This document shows positions 10,456-22,293 of a stretch of 64,000 nt of DNA, piece after piece; position 1 is the first letter of the stretch, and each line of letters opens with the position of its first letter. This stretch comes from Thermodesulfobacteriota bacterium (GTDB lineage Bacteria > Desulfobacterota > Desulfobacteria > Desulfobacterales > C00003060). Under the pieces are notes generated by a model, which ran no database searches, was not told the origin of the DNA, and worked only from the letters and a program-made list of their open reading frames with translations. The translations under genes were made by a program, and so were the position numbers. Location of the stretch: NCBI GenBank assembly GCA_034189385.1, contig JAXHVD010000023.1, forward strand, positions 1 to 64,000, in the 5' to 3' direction.

Positions 10456-11461
10456 GTCGATTGTAGGCCAGCCACGGGTCATGGGCATCTTGACCCGAAT
10501 GCTTCACAACCATCGGCTTGCCCACGCCTTGCTCTTTACCGGTATGGATGGAGTGGGCAGGCAAACCACTGCCAAGGCATTGGCCATGGCCCTTAACTGC
10601 CTGAATCCCGCGGGGGTGTCGGCATGCGCAGAGTGTCCTTCCTGTCGGAAGGTGGCTACCGGCAATCATCCCGATGTCATCGTTTTAAAGCCCCGTGGGG
10701 CTTCTATCAAGATTGACCAGGTGCGCTCTTTGCGCAAGCACTTGAGGTTTGCTCCCCTAGAGGGGGGGCGGCGCATCATTATCATCAATGACGGACAGAC
10801 CATGAAGGCTGAGGCCTCTAATGCATTACTAAAGATACTGGAAGAACCACCCAATAACACGCACATTATTGTGACGGCACCTGAGACCAGTGATTTGTTG
10901 CCGACTATTGTTTCCAGATGTCAGCACCTCGCCTTTCGGCCTATTGCTCCAGCAGAGATTGCAGCGGTCCTAGTTGCCAGGCAGGGGCTTGATCGAGACA
11001 CGGCGATCACCCTTTCCCTGTTGGCCGGAGGAAGTCTGGGAAGGGCCCTTGCCGCCGACGCAGAGCAATGGATCACTTGGCGACAAGATCTTCTTCAACG
11101 TGTTCACTCCATTTCAGATTCAACAAAACCAACGGCAGCCCTTTTTGACTTTGCCCAAAGCCTGGCCCGTGATAAGGATAGGCTGGAAGATGCACTGGGT
11201 GTGATTATCATGTGGTTTAGAGACGCTCTGATGTGCAAGTTTGTTCCTGAAAAGGTCCTTAATAGGGATTTCTTGAAAGAGATACAGACCCTATCAGAAG
11301 AACTCTCAGTAGATGAACTTCTGCAAAAGATGGCAGCAGCCTTTGCTACCCAGACAGCCATCTTGAGAAACGTGAATGCTCGCCTTGCCCTAGATGTCAT
11401 GATGATGCGTCTGCGTTCAGGTCATTCAGCATGGCAGGACTCTGGGGCCAAAAGGGTATAA
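10430..11461 (+). CDS. holB: DNA polymerase III subunit delta'
   Basis: HALLFTG, CxxC..CxxC zinc module, HPDV, NALLKILEEPP, TIVSRCQ. Confidence 0.94.
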   Translation: MAQQVMTLESIVGQPRVMGILTRMLHNHRLAHALLFTGMDGVGRQTTAKALAMALNCLNPAGVSACAECPSCRKVATGNHPDVIVLKPRGASIKIDQVRSLRKHLRFAPLEGGRRIIIINDGQTMKAEASNALLKILEEPPNNTHIIVTAPETSDLLPTIVSRCQHLAFRPIAPAEIAAVLVARQGLDRDTAITLSLLAGGSLGRALAADAEQWITWRQDLLQRVHSISDSTKPTAALFDFAQSLARDKDRLEDALGVIIMWFRDALMCKFVPEKVLNRDFLKEIQTLSEELSVDELLQKMAAAFATQTAILRNVNARLALDVMMMRLRSGHSAWQDSGAKRV

Positions 11462-11580
11462 AGGGAGCGGATTGGGGGTCCTCCTTTGAAACATGGAGGC
11501 CTGTTAGAGCCTTGTTTATCCTGAGAGCGCCCCAATAAAGGTCTCGTCCTGTAAGGCTTAGATAAGAAGAAAGAGGAACG

Positions 11581-12375
11581 ATGGCTAAGACTGTTGGCAT
11601 AAAATTCAGACCCCAGGGCAAGGTCTACGATTTTGACGTAGGCCACTTTGTCCTCTCACCGGAGAGTCATGTGATTGTGGAGACAGAGAAGGGTCTGGCC
11701 TTTGGCACCGTTGTCACACCGCCTCGGCCTTACGGGGAGTTGGATGCCAAGGCCCCATCGAAGAAGGTCTATCGTCTGGCCAATGACCGGGATGTGAGGC
11801 AACACAAGAAAAACCTGGAGCTGGAGAAGACCTCATACGCATATTGCCTGGAGTGTATCAAGAAGTTGGGACTTGAGATGAATCTTATCTCCGTTGAGGC
11901 ACTCTTTGACAGGACGAAACTCACTTTTTACTACACGGCTAATGGCCGTGTTGATTTTCGCGAGCTCGTCAAGATGTTGGTGAAGGCTTACAAAGTGCGC
12001 ATCGAGATGCGCCAAATAGGAGTCCGTAATCGAGCGAAGATGTGTGGGGCCCTCGGACGGTGCGGCCGTGAACTTTGTTGTTCTTCTTTTATCGGTGATT
12101 TTCATCCGGTGTCGATCAAGATGGCCAAAGAGCAAGGTCTGTCACTAAACCCCAGCAAGATTTCGGGGCTGTGTGGTCGGCTCATGTGCTGTTTGGGCTT
12201 TGAGTATGCCACTTATTGTGATCTTAAAGGTAAGTTCCCTAATGTAGGAAAAGTGGTGAAGACGAAGAGGGGACGGGGGAAGGTTATTCGTCACAACATC
12301 TTAGAGGAGTCGCTGACGATACAGCTTGAAGGAAACGAAGAAATAGACATACACTTAGATGAGATCATCGGGTAG
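11581..12375 (+). CDS. ricT: PSP1-domain protein (RicT/YaaT family)
   Basis: RVDFRELV, RIEMRQIG, CGRELCC, KISGLCGRLMCCL; conserved holB-yaaT-metG order. Confidence 0.9.
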   Translation: MAKTVGIKFRPQGKVYDFDVGHFVLSPESHVIVETEKGLAFGTVVTPPRPYGELDAKAPSKKVYRLANDRDVRQHKKNLELEKTSYAYCLECIKKLGLEMNLISVEALFDRTKLTFYYTANGRVDFRELVKMLVKAYKVRIEMRQIGVRNRAKMCGALGRCGRELCCSSFIGDFHPVSIKMAKEQGLSLNPSKISGLCGRLMCCLGFEYATYCDLKGKFPNVGKVVKTKRGRGKVIRHNILEESLTIQLEGNEEIDIHLDEIIG

Positions 12376-12494
12376 CAGGATACCTCCTTGGGCCGTGTAC
12401 GGCCCGTGCAGCTCACGCCTTTATCAGTTGAATCGGAGGTGCCGTGGATTTTTCAACGTGACCCGGGCTGACGAGTCTCTCAGAAGGGAGTAAT

Positions 12495-14414
12495 ATGTTT
12501 GAGCCATTTTATGTAACCACACCCATTTACTATGTAAATGCTAGACCCCACATAGGTCATGCTTACACGACCATTGTGGCAGATGTGGTGAATCGATTTC
12601 AGTCCATGGGCGGGCAGGACACCTACTTTCTCACAGGAACTGATGAACATGGTGACAAGGTAGTCCGTGCAGCCAAGGCAGAGGGGCTGAGCCCTCTCAC
12701 CTATGCCGATCAAATTAGCCAGCTCTTCAGGAGCCTGTGGCCAGAGCTGGACATAGCATACGATCATTTTATACGCACGACGGACCATGCTCACATGAGT
12801 GTTGTCAAAGAGGTTCTGAAGAAGATTTACGACTCAGGCGATATTTACTTCAGTGAATACGAAGGGGCCTATTGCTTCGGCTGCGAGCGATTCTATACGG
12901 AGCGGGAGTTGGAAGACGGAAAGTGCCCTGACCATAAAACCGTTCCAGAGGTTATTAAGGAATCTAACTATTTCTTCAAAATGAGCCGGTACCAGAACTG
13001 GCTCATTGACCACATCAACACCCATCCCGAGTTCATTACTCCCCAACGGTATAGAAATGAAGTACTTTCCTTTTTGAGGGAGCCTTTGGAGGATTTGTGC
13101 ATATCCCGTCCCAAGAGCCGGCTTCAGTGGGGGATCACACTGCCCTTTGATGAAAGGTATGTGACTTACGTTTGGTTTGATGCCCTTCTGAATTATGTCT
13201 CTGCCCTGGGATATCCCGATGGCGAGAACTTCATCAAGTTCTGGCCTGCAGTCCATCACGTGGTGGCCAAGGACATCCTTAAACCCCACGGCATATACTG
13301 GCCCATTATGCTAAAGGCTGCCGGCCTGCCATTGTACCGCCAGCTCCATGTTCACGGATATTGGAATGTGGACGAGAGCAAGATGTCGAAAAGTCTCGGC
13401 AACGTAGTGGACCCTCTGGGATTGAAGAATGTTTATGGGGTGGACACCTTTCGATACTACTTACTTCGGGAAATGGTCTTTGGTCTTGATTCCAGCTTTA
13501 GCGAGGAAGGCCTCATTCAGCGCATTAATTCTGATTTGGCCAATGACCTTGGGAACCTATTCAGCCGAAGCCTGACCATGGTCCACAAGTACCTGCAAGG
13601 GGTTGTGCCGAAAGGCGACACCGTGCCCCAAAGCAGCTTAGACCTGGATATGAAATCCGATGCCCTCAGGGCCGTTGAGGAATATGAAGAGGCCATGGAA
13701 GGCTTCGCATTCCACAAGGCCTTGATGGCCATTTGGGAGTTTATCAATGCCATCAACAAATACATTGACGTGACTGCACCCTGGGAACTTGCCAAAAAAG
13801 AATCCCAGCACCAACTGCTGGGTGTGGTGCTTTATAATATCCTGGAAGGGCTTCGTGTCATCGCCGGACTCTTGTATCCGATCATGCCGCGGGCTTCCCA
13901 GGTGATGCAAGAGCATTTGGGAATGGCCTCGGCAGGAAGGGTTGCGTCATTAGAGAACCTCAAGGTCTGGGGAAAAACCGGATCTGGGACGAAGCTTCCA
14001 AAGACGGTGACCCTGTTTCCGCGGATTGATCTAGACCGGGGAGCCAAGGGCCGGGAGGCCGGCCCTGTGGAGGAGACACCGGCCGCCACTAAACCCGAGA
14101 TCCCCATGAAGACTTTTCAAAAAATGGATCTTCGCGTTGCTACAATCCGTGACGCCGAGCCTGTGCCAAGATCCAAGGGCCTTTTGAAACTGAAAGTCGA
14201 TGCAGGAGAGGAGCGGACCATCGTTGCAGGTATCGCTAAAGACTACGACCCTGAAGACCTCATCGGAAAACAGGTGGTCATTGTAGCGAATCTTAAGCCT
14301 ATGAAATTGATGGGCATCCTGTCTCAGGGGATGGTCTTGACTGCCGGGGACAAGGGGGCCTGTTCAGTGGTCACTGTGGACGTTGCCGTTGAACCAGGCA
14401 CACCTTTGGGGTAG
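12495..14414 (+). CDS. metG: Methionine-tRNA ligase with C-terminal tRNA-binding domain
   Basis: YVTTPIYYVN..PHIGH, KMSKS, CxxC knuckle, C-terminal VANLKP OB domain. Confidence 0.98.
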   Translation: MFEPFYVTTPIYYVNARPHIGHAYTTIVADVVNRFQSMGGQDTYFLTGTDEHGDKVVRAAKAEGLSPLTYADQISQLFRSLWPELDIAYDHFIRTTDHAHMSVVKEVLKKIYDSGDIYFSEYEGAYCFGCERFYTERELEDGKCPDHKTVPEVIKESNYFFKMSRYQNWLIDHINTHPEFITPQRYRNEVLSFLREPLEDLCISRPKSRLQWGITLPFDERYVTYVWFDALLNYVSALGYPDGENFIKFWPAVHHVVAKDILKPHGIYWPIMLKAAGLPLYRQLHVHGYWNVDESKMSKSLGNVVDPLGLKNVYGVDTFRYYLLREMVFGLDSSFSEEGLIQRINSDLANDLGNLFSRSLTMVHKYLQGVVPKGDTVPQSSLDLDMKSDALRAVEEYEEAMEGFAFHKALMAIWEFINAINKYIDVTAPWELAKKESQHQLLGVVLYNILEGLRVIAGLLYPIMPRASQVMQEHLGMASAGRVASLENLKVWGKTGSGTKLPKTVTLFPRIDLDRGAKGREAGPVEETPAATKPEIPMKTFQKMDLRVATIRDAEPVPRSKGLLKLKVDAGEERTIVAGIAKDYDPEDLIGKQVVIVANLKPMKLMGILSQGMVLTAGDKGACSVVTVDVAVEPGTPLG

Positions 14415-14567
14415 CAACATGTATCCTTCCTGGCATCTGGGGGTTGGTCCAGTCCGACTAAGGCTCCCAAACAGTGAGCATCTTTGACGCCAGACTCCCC
14501 CAAGCGCTTTTCTCCCAAAAGGCTCAATGTCCTTCGCAAAAGACTTTTCACGAAACGGTCAAGATTT

Positions 14568-14723
14568 GGTAACGTTCAGCAGTTGAGGCAAAGCCTCTTA
14601 CATTTCCATCCACACCAATAGTCTGGGCTACCTAGGGGCACTGGATGCCGAAGAGAAGCGATTCGCCCTATCTGAAAGTTATCTGTTCAGACATACACGA
14701 TGTCACAACTTTTGAACGTTACT
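14568..14723. mobile_element. MITE family A, copy 1 (156 bp, internally shorter)
   Basis: Ends GGTAACGTTCAGCAGTT...AACTTTTGAACGTTACT; flanks CAAGATTT/CAAGAGTT (7/8 TSD); interior homologous to 29318-29520. Confidence 0.85.
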
Positions 14724-14748
14724 CAAGAGTTACGGTCTAGAAAATACT

Positions 14749-15288
14749 ATGAAGGGATCAAGGGGGACGACTGGGGTGGCACCTTCAAAAGATGGGAGTC
14801 CGCAACGCGACCAGTTTGTTGGGGTCATCTCTGATACCCATGGTCATCTGCGACTTGAAGGGATTAAGGCTTTTGAGCAGGTGGATCTCATCATTCACGC
14901 CGGGGATATCGGCAGGCCGGACGTGCTAGAGGCACTGCACGCCTTAGCTCCTGTCCACGCTGTGCGAGGAAATATGGACACAGGCAGTTGGGCCCGCAAG
15001 CTTCCTGAAACACGGGTCGTAGAAGTGGGTGAGGCCTTGCTCTATGTCATTCACGATGTACAGGACCTAGACCTGGATCCGGAAGCGGCAGGCCTCAGTG
15101 CTGTCATAAGTGGCCACACGCACAGACCATTGATAGAGAGACAAGGGGGGATACTCTTTCTAAACCCCGGTACAGCTGGAGCCTTTACGTCTCGGCCCAC
15201 AGTGGCCCTGCTTCGTGCGCGGGGAAAGTCTCTCCGAGCAGAATTACTCGAACTGAACGCATGGGGATTCAGGAAGAGGTCTCTTTGA
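14749..15288 (+). CDS. Metallophosphoesterase (YfcE family)
   Basis: ISDTHG, HAGDI, VRGNMD, SGHTH, LNPG. Confidence 0.9.
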   Translation: MKGSRGTTGVAPSKDGSPQRDQFVGVISDTHGHLRLEGIKAFEQVDLIIHAGDIGRPDVLEALHALAPVHAVRGNMDTGSWARKLPETRVVEVGEALLYVIHDVQDLDLDPEAAGLSAVISGHTHRPLIERQGGILFLNPGTAGAFTSRPTVALLRARGKSLRAELLELNAWGFRKRSL

Positions 15289-15320
15289 TGCTTCTAGACA
15301 TGGACTCTAAAAGACCTCTT
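15272..15320. terminator. Inverted repeat between convergent genes, possible terminator
   Basis: GAAGAGGTCT...AGACCTCTTC; long loop and no clear U tract. Confidence 0.35.
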
Positions 15321-15374
15321 CATGAGCGGTGAAGGCCGATTGAAAAAGAAGATGCCTTTGTCGCTGTACATACA

Positions 15375-17267
15375 CTAGTACGGCTTAGTCAAAGATACAG
15401 GAACGTCATAGGCCTTGAAACTGGAAGGCGATATGTTGTCACCATAAAGGTCCTTGGCCTCAAGGAGGACCTCCCTGTGCATCTTGATCATGTCAAAGAT
15501 CTCCTTTGGGATATCACTCGTCTCCTGGTGATAAAAGTCTTCTACAATGTCAAGTTTTTCCAAAAGTTCGGGCACCCGGGTGACGAACTGAAGTTCATAT
15601 TGATCTCGGGAATAGCCCTCACCCAACTCCTTCTTAAAGAGCTTGGCCAAATCGTCATATATAGGAATGAAGCCGATGGGCGTTGCAAGGGCTCCAACTT
15701 TGTCTGCGATCCTCCTCTCTATCCACCTAATCCAGACCTTCTTGTCCATCTTGGTGTTCATGAAATTTCCTGAATCATCTCTTAGGAAGTAATTAACGTA
15801 GAATATCTTTGGCGTTTCCTTTAATCCCTTGGCAAATTCGATGTGGTTCTTCAGGTACCTGCCGATGGCAATTGAGACAAATTCCTTGTTGGCCATGGGG
15901 TTGATAATGACCTTGGTGCTGGACCCTCCAACGGTTGCAGCAGTCGGTTCAGATTCGATACTTGCAGCATAAAACACGCCCTGTACCCAACCGTAGGACT
16001 GTAACACTGGCATCGGTCTTTTTGAGCTGCGCCCCCCGTAGACGATACCATCGAGACCGACGACCTGCGTGGGGTCATAGTTCTCAATTCCTTCCAAGGC
16101 AACACAGAATCGAGCATTGTCGTGGGAGACAGGAATCAATTTGCCCTTTCTGTCCTTCTTGCCTTGCCACCACTGGCCCGAGTGGTTGCGGCCCCTCAGG
16201 GGGATGCGGACATCCCCCATGCCCTGCCAATAGGGCCTTCCGCGAACATCAAGGACATTTGAAAATATGATTTCTCCCGGCTTGACAAGGAGTTCATGGA
16301 TATAGGGATCGTCCTGTGGGTTCACATCCTTGATGACACCAAACATCCCCTTTTCTACGTTGGCAGCGTAGGCCTTACCATCTCTTTTCCGAACATGGGC
16401 GAGGTCGTCTCCCACTATCTGGAATAACATGGATGTGGAAGTCTTACCGCACCAACTTGGAAAGGCACCGGCGATGTATGTGGTTCCCGTTCCTTCGTAG
16501 CTTGGAATACCGGCAATGAGAAAGTGCTCTGAAAGCCAATCTTCCCGTGCAGCCTTGCGGATTGCCAGGCGGTGAGCCAGCTTCTTTGCAGCCACCGTAT
16601 TTCCCGCATATTGGGTGTTAGCACTATAAACAAAGTTCTTCTTTAGATCTATGAAGATCCTGCGAAGGTCCACCTCGTGGCTGACGCCGTTTTCTAAGGC
16701 CCCTGCAGAATGCAAGAAGGCAAAGAAGTCGTCTTTGCTCTTTTCAGTTTTAAACAGCTCATATCCCTGTCGATATAAAATGTCCTCACTATGGGCCACG
16801 TAAAACGAGTCCGTTACCTGAACACAAGGGATGGCAAACTCCGTCCCCAATGGCCCTAGAGAGTAAAAACTCACAATCATCTCTTTCCCGCGCATGATGC
16901 GGTTCATGACCTGGTCTATTTCGTATAGGCCCTCTTGTGTGTCTATGGAATTTAAAGCTGGACCCAGTGGTGTTTTGCCTGAGACAAGAAACCTGGTGTT
17001 TGCCGGGTCCCTGCCCTGATCTTCATATCCATCATAGTGTATGGTATGGCCCGGCATGATGAGCGGGCTTTCCTCGCCTTCACGAATGGCCTGCGTACGG
17101 ATATAGTGCATGTCTTCAGGAGAACCGGTGGAGACAAAGACAGAGTCGGGTTGAAATTTTAAAATAGCATCGGCGATCAGCTCATTTAAAGGAGCGTTGT
17201 CCAGTACTTTCAGTCTTTTTAAATTCTCCGCATCTAATCTGCGTTTGAGCACCCTGGCAACTGTCAT
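15375..17267 (-). CDS. pckG: Phosphoenolpyruvate carboxykinase (GTP); start probably ATG 17267
   Basis: QVTDSFYVAHS, YAGN, WLSEH, GAFPSWCGKT, VGDDLA, EKGMFG, NARF, YGGR. Confidence 0.9.
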   Translation of the reverse strand: MTVARVLKRRLDAENLKRLKVLDNAPLNELIADAILKFQPDSVFVSTGSPEDMHYIRTQAIREGEESPLIMPGHTIHYDGYEDQGRDPANTRFLVSGKTPLGPALNSIDTQEGLYEIDQVMNRIMRGKEMIVSFYSLGPLGTEFAIPCVQVTDSFYVAHSEDILYRQGYELFKTEKSKDDFFAFLHSAGALENGVSHEVDLRRIFIDLKKNFVYSANTQYAGNTVAAKKLAHRLAIRKAAREDWLSEHFLIAGIPSYEGTGTTYIAGAFPSWCGKTSTSMLFQIVGDDLAHVRKRDGKAYAANVEKGMFGVIKDVNPQDDPYIHELLVKPGEIIFSNVLDVRGRPYWQGMGDVRIPLRGRNHSGQWWQGKKDRKGKLIPVSHDNARFCVALEGIENYDPTQVVGLDGIVYGGRSSKRPMPVLQSYGWVQGVFYAASIESEPTAATVGGSSTKVIINPMANKEFVSIAIGRYLKNHIEFAKGLKETPKIFYVNYFLRDDSGNFMNTKMDKKVWIRWIERRIADKVGALATPIGFIPIYDDLAKLFKKELGEGYSRDQYELQFVTRVPELLEKLDIVEDFYHQETSDIPKEIFDMIKMHREVLLEAKDLYGDNISPSSFKAYDVPVSLTKPY

Positions 17268-17715
17268 AAAAAATTCCTCCCTGATACTTAAGATGCTTGC
17301 ACACCCTCTTCCCTCCACTGGATCGCCACACAGGCCTCCAAGGCGGCAGGGTTGGCCTTGGCTCCCCTCTTCTGATCAGGTGGCTCCAAAGCTTGGGACG
17401 GACCTTTAACATGTTGTGATTGCACTGGCAATGAAATTATCCCCCTGGCTGCCAAAATCTGACCATGCCACGGCCAGCGATCCCCTCCTGCGATTCTTAT
17501 TTGGATTTCAGGAGAAGAAGGTGTTTGCAGCGCCGTCTTATGGGATTAAAGTGGGTCGTTCCTTTGCCCCGGGGGCTCTAATGGGGAACAGGAGGTGCTG
17601 GCAGGCCTTTGACCCATCTTCAGCCTTCTTCCATAAATCGGAAAACTGGGCCTAACAGCGTCAAATAGTAAAGCCTTTCCCAGCCTCGTAGGCCCCTCAC
17701 CAAGGGGAAGGATCT

Positions 17716-20364
17716 TCAACAGGTGGCCAAGGCCTCTTTGATCTCTTCCTTGATCCCCGCCACCTCCTCAGGGTTGTCCACTTTTTGGCCGTCGAAATCC
17801 CGCACGTAGAAAACATCCACCACCTGATCCACTTTTGTGGCAATCTTGGCAACCCAGATGTCCAGCCTTAAATGGAAAAGGGTACTCGTGATTTTGTACA
17901 GGAGCCCTAGGCTGTCATGGGTATGAATCTCTATAACAGTAAAAAAATCCGAGCTCTCATTGTCCACAATAATCTTGTCAGTCTGGACTTTGTCCGTCTG
18001 CTTGGGCAACGTCCTTTGTGCGGACTTATAGGCTTTCCCCTTCTGGTCCAGTGCCGCAGGAAGGGCCAACTCCCCTGCCAAGGCAGCCTTCATATCCTTG
18101 TTGACACGCGCCCAGGTGTCGTCTTCCAGGATGGTGTCGGGCGGGGCCTTGACCTGGAAGATGTCCAGGGCAATGTGATTTCGCCACGTATAGATCTGGG
18201 CACTCAGGATCTGGACATTATTGAGGGTGAATACCCCTGCAATGGTCGAAAAAAGCCCGGGGAAGTCCTTGGCACAGATGGTGGCCGTTCTGTAGTTTTG
18301 CCCCTTACTGGTTTCCACTTCCAATACAAAGGGACTTTGGCCAAGCCTATGATAAAGCGCCATGTGACGGACCATGTCTTGAGGGGGCATATACAACAGA
18401 TAGCGGGGGGATAGATGGTCGAAAAGGGCCTCAAGTTCTCTTTCTGGCATGGACAGCGCTCCCTGGAAAACGGCTTTCCTCTTTTTTTCTATGACGTCTG
18501 CAGCGGCTGGAGTGGCTAGCTCTCCTGTTTTGAGGACGTGGTAGACCTTGGAGTAAAGCTCTTTGAGCAATGCTGCTTTCCAATCATTCCATGCCTTGGG
18601 CCCCGTAGCCTTTGAGTCGGCTACCGTAAGCAAATACAGCATGTTCAAGTGCTCAATGTCAGGGAAGTTTCTGGCGCACTGGACCACGACTTTCTCATCG
18701 TTGATGTCTCTTCGTGTGGCCGTGTGTACCAGGAGAAGATGGTGAAGCACCAGAAAAGAAACGGCTTGGACATCTGTATCAGGAAACGCCATCCTCTTGA
18801 GGATGCGCGTTACGATTTCCGCTCCTTTAGCGCAGTGATGATCGTGATCATCCTCGGCCTTGCCAATGTCATGAAAAAGTCCGGCCCAAAGGAGAAGCCG
18901 AGGGCTGCCTATCTCACTGAAGAGCTTTTCGCAGAGGCTTTCGTTACCATCAGTCTCGGCATCGCGGAACTCTTTCAAGGTCTGCACGGTCCGCAGGGAG
19001 TGTTTGTCCACAGGATGGACGTGATACTCATCATACTGAATCCGGTTGGTAATCCCCTCCATTTCCGGGATGAGGGCAGCCATCATTCCGGTGTTCAACA
19101 GTTCATTTAGGACATTAGAGGGGCCGTTAGGGGCAGCCAGAATCTGTTCAAATGACTTGACAACCTTCCGGGCCCCCCGGAATTGGTCATCGATCAGGTG
19201 CAAGAACTCTTTGACAAGGCGACTTGCTCCTGCGGTCAGAGGATGTCCACGAAGGGCGCTTTTCTCAAATATGCCGATCAAAAGGTGGGGGTTCTCAAGG
19301 ATGGCCTCTGGAGATTCGAACTCCAGGCAGTCTTGGACAACTTCTATGCCCCGTGTCAACACCCGCCGTGGGGCCTTCTTTCTGCCAGGCTTTTTTCTCG
19401 CACTCGCTGCCTTTCCCAGAAATGCGAGGTGTCGATGCTTTAAGAAGTCCATTTGTCCATGGAGGGTACCCAGGAATCTTTCTACCCCTTGTTGTCCGTT
19501 TTCCTGTCTGAAACCCAGAGATCGCGCAAGCTTTATCTGATATTCGAAGTATAGCTGGTCGCATTTGCGCCCACTGAGATGGTGCAGCCAATTTCTCACC
19601 ATCCTAATGAATGAGAGCGCTTCGTCGAGACCGTTAAACTCATCGTGAGACAGGTGCCCAAAAAACTCCAGGTCTCTCGGTTCGCCAATATCGTATAAGG
19701 CCCTGGCCACCCAGAGCATGGCATGGTAGTCTCTGAGGCCACCGTGGCCCTCTTTCAGGTTAGGTTCCAAAAGATAAGTGGAATCTCCGAACCGGGCGTG
19801 GCGGCTCTTATTCCTTTCTGCAAGCCAGTCTATGTATGCTCGTCTGCGCCTGCCAAGGACCTTATCCCGCAGCCGATCCATGAGGTCTGAATATGGGGAG
19901 GAGATACCGCACAGAAATCTAGCATCAAAGAGGGAAGTCAATACCTCAAAGTCTTGGGAGGCCAGCGTCGAACATTCCTTGAGAGAACGGATAGCATAGC
20001 TCACATCAAGGCCCATGTCCCAAAGGGGATAGAAGACCTCTTGAATAAGCCCTTTTGCTTCTTCGGGGATCGTCTTCTTGAAAAGCAGGAGAAGATCCAC
20101 ATCGGAGTGGATGCACTGTTCTTTTCTTCCGTAACCGCCCAGTGCAATGAGGGCATAGGGGTTTTTGTCTACCCGTATCTGTGGACCGATTGCACTTCTG
20201 GTGTAGCTTTCTCGAAAGTAATCGTCCAGGATCCCCGCATGACGTTCCAAAAAAGTCGGTTCTTTACCCTTGAGGAAACGGGTAATTAACCTCTCTTTCT
20301 CTTTCTGTAGCACGTTGATTGGGAGGTCCGCCTGGTTCATGGGCATTATAAGGAAACGCCTCAA
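17716..20364 (-). CDS. glnD: [Protein-PII] uridylyltransferase / uridylyl-removing enzyme
   Basis: ALGGYGR..SDVD, EPNLKEGHGGLRD, HD motif FHDIGK, two ACT domains. Confidence 0.97.
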   Translation of the reverse strand: MRRFLIMPMNQADLPINVLQKEKERLITRFLKGKEPTFLERHAGILDDYFRESYTRSAIGPQIRVDKNPYALIALGGYGRKEQCIHSDVDLLLLFKKTIPEEAKGLIQEVFYPLWDMGLDVSYAIRSLKECSTLASQDFEVLTSLFDARFLCGISSPYSDLMDRLRDKVLGRRRRAYIDWLAERNKSRHARFGDSTYLLEPNLKEGHGGLRDYHAMLWVARALYDIGEPRDLEFFGHLSHDEFNGLDEALSFIRMVRNWLHHLSGRKCDQLYFEYQIKLARSLGFRQENGQQGVERFLGTLHGQMDFLKHRHLAFLGKAASARKKPGRKKAPRRVLTRGIEVVQDCLEFESPEAILENPHLLIGIFEKSALRGHPLTAGASRLVKEFLHLIDDQFRGARKVVKSFEQILAAPNGPSNVLNELLNTGMMAALIPEMEGITNRIQYDEYHVHPVDKHSLRTVQTLKEFRDAETDGNESLCEKLFSEIGSPRLLLWAGLFHDIGKAEDDHDHHCAKGAEIVTRILKRMAFPDTDVQAVSFLVLHHLLLVHTATRRDINDEKVVVQCARNFPDIEHLNMLYLLTVADSKATGPKAWNDWKAALLKELYSKVYHVLKTGELATPAAADVIEKKRKAVFQGALSMPERELEALFDHLSPRYLLYMPPQDMVRHMALYHRLGQSPFVLEVETSKGQNYRTATICAKDFPGLFSTIAGVFTLNNVQILSAQIYTWRNHIALDIFQVKAPPDTILEDDTWARVNKDMKAALAGELALPAALDQKGKAYKSAQRTLPKQTDKVQTDKIIVDNESSDFFTVIEIHTHDSLGLLYKITSTLFHLRLDIWVAKIATKVDQVVDVFYVRDFDGQKVDNPEEVAGIKEEIKEALATC

Positions 20365-20413
20365 GGCGCAAGGCCGGATACCTCAAGTTCTATGCCCTGT
20401 GCCTTGAACTGGA

Positions 20414-22065
<1,652 letters not shown>

Positions 22066-22105
22066 AGCCTATTTGCCCCTCCATGAGGAACATGGAAGAC
22101 CAAAA

Positions 22106-22121
22106 AGCAACACCTGTGCCA
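22106..22121 (-). promoter_or_regulatory. Sigma54 (-24/-12) promoter for amtB-glnK-glnD
   Basis: TGGCAC-AGGTG-TTGCT on the minus strand, matching TGGCAC-N5-TTGCW, about 40 bp before amtB. Confidence 0.85.
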
Positions 22122-22203
22122 AGCCCATGAGCAGGGGAAAAGATGTTGCGAATTCAGAGGCCTATGCATATAACGGCGGACGAATTTCTGGACGACCGCC
22201 AAA

Positions 22204-22244
22204 ACGATAATGTCGTAAACGGGGCAGTTTAATACATAGTTGTA
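22204..22244. promoter_or_regulatory. Candidate upstream activator sites for a sigma54 enhancer-binding protein
   Basis: Two short palindromes ACGA-taatg-TCGT and TACA-tagt-TGTA, about 85-125 bp upstream of the -24 element. Confidence 0.45.
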
Positions 22245-22293
22245 GTTTTAGGCCTTCAGGGTACTCTGGGATTGGCCTGGGCAAGTGTGGGCC

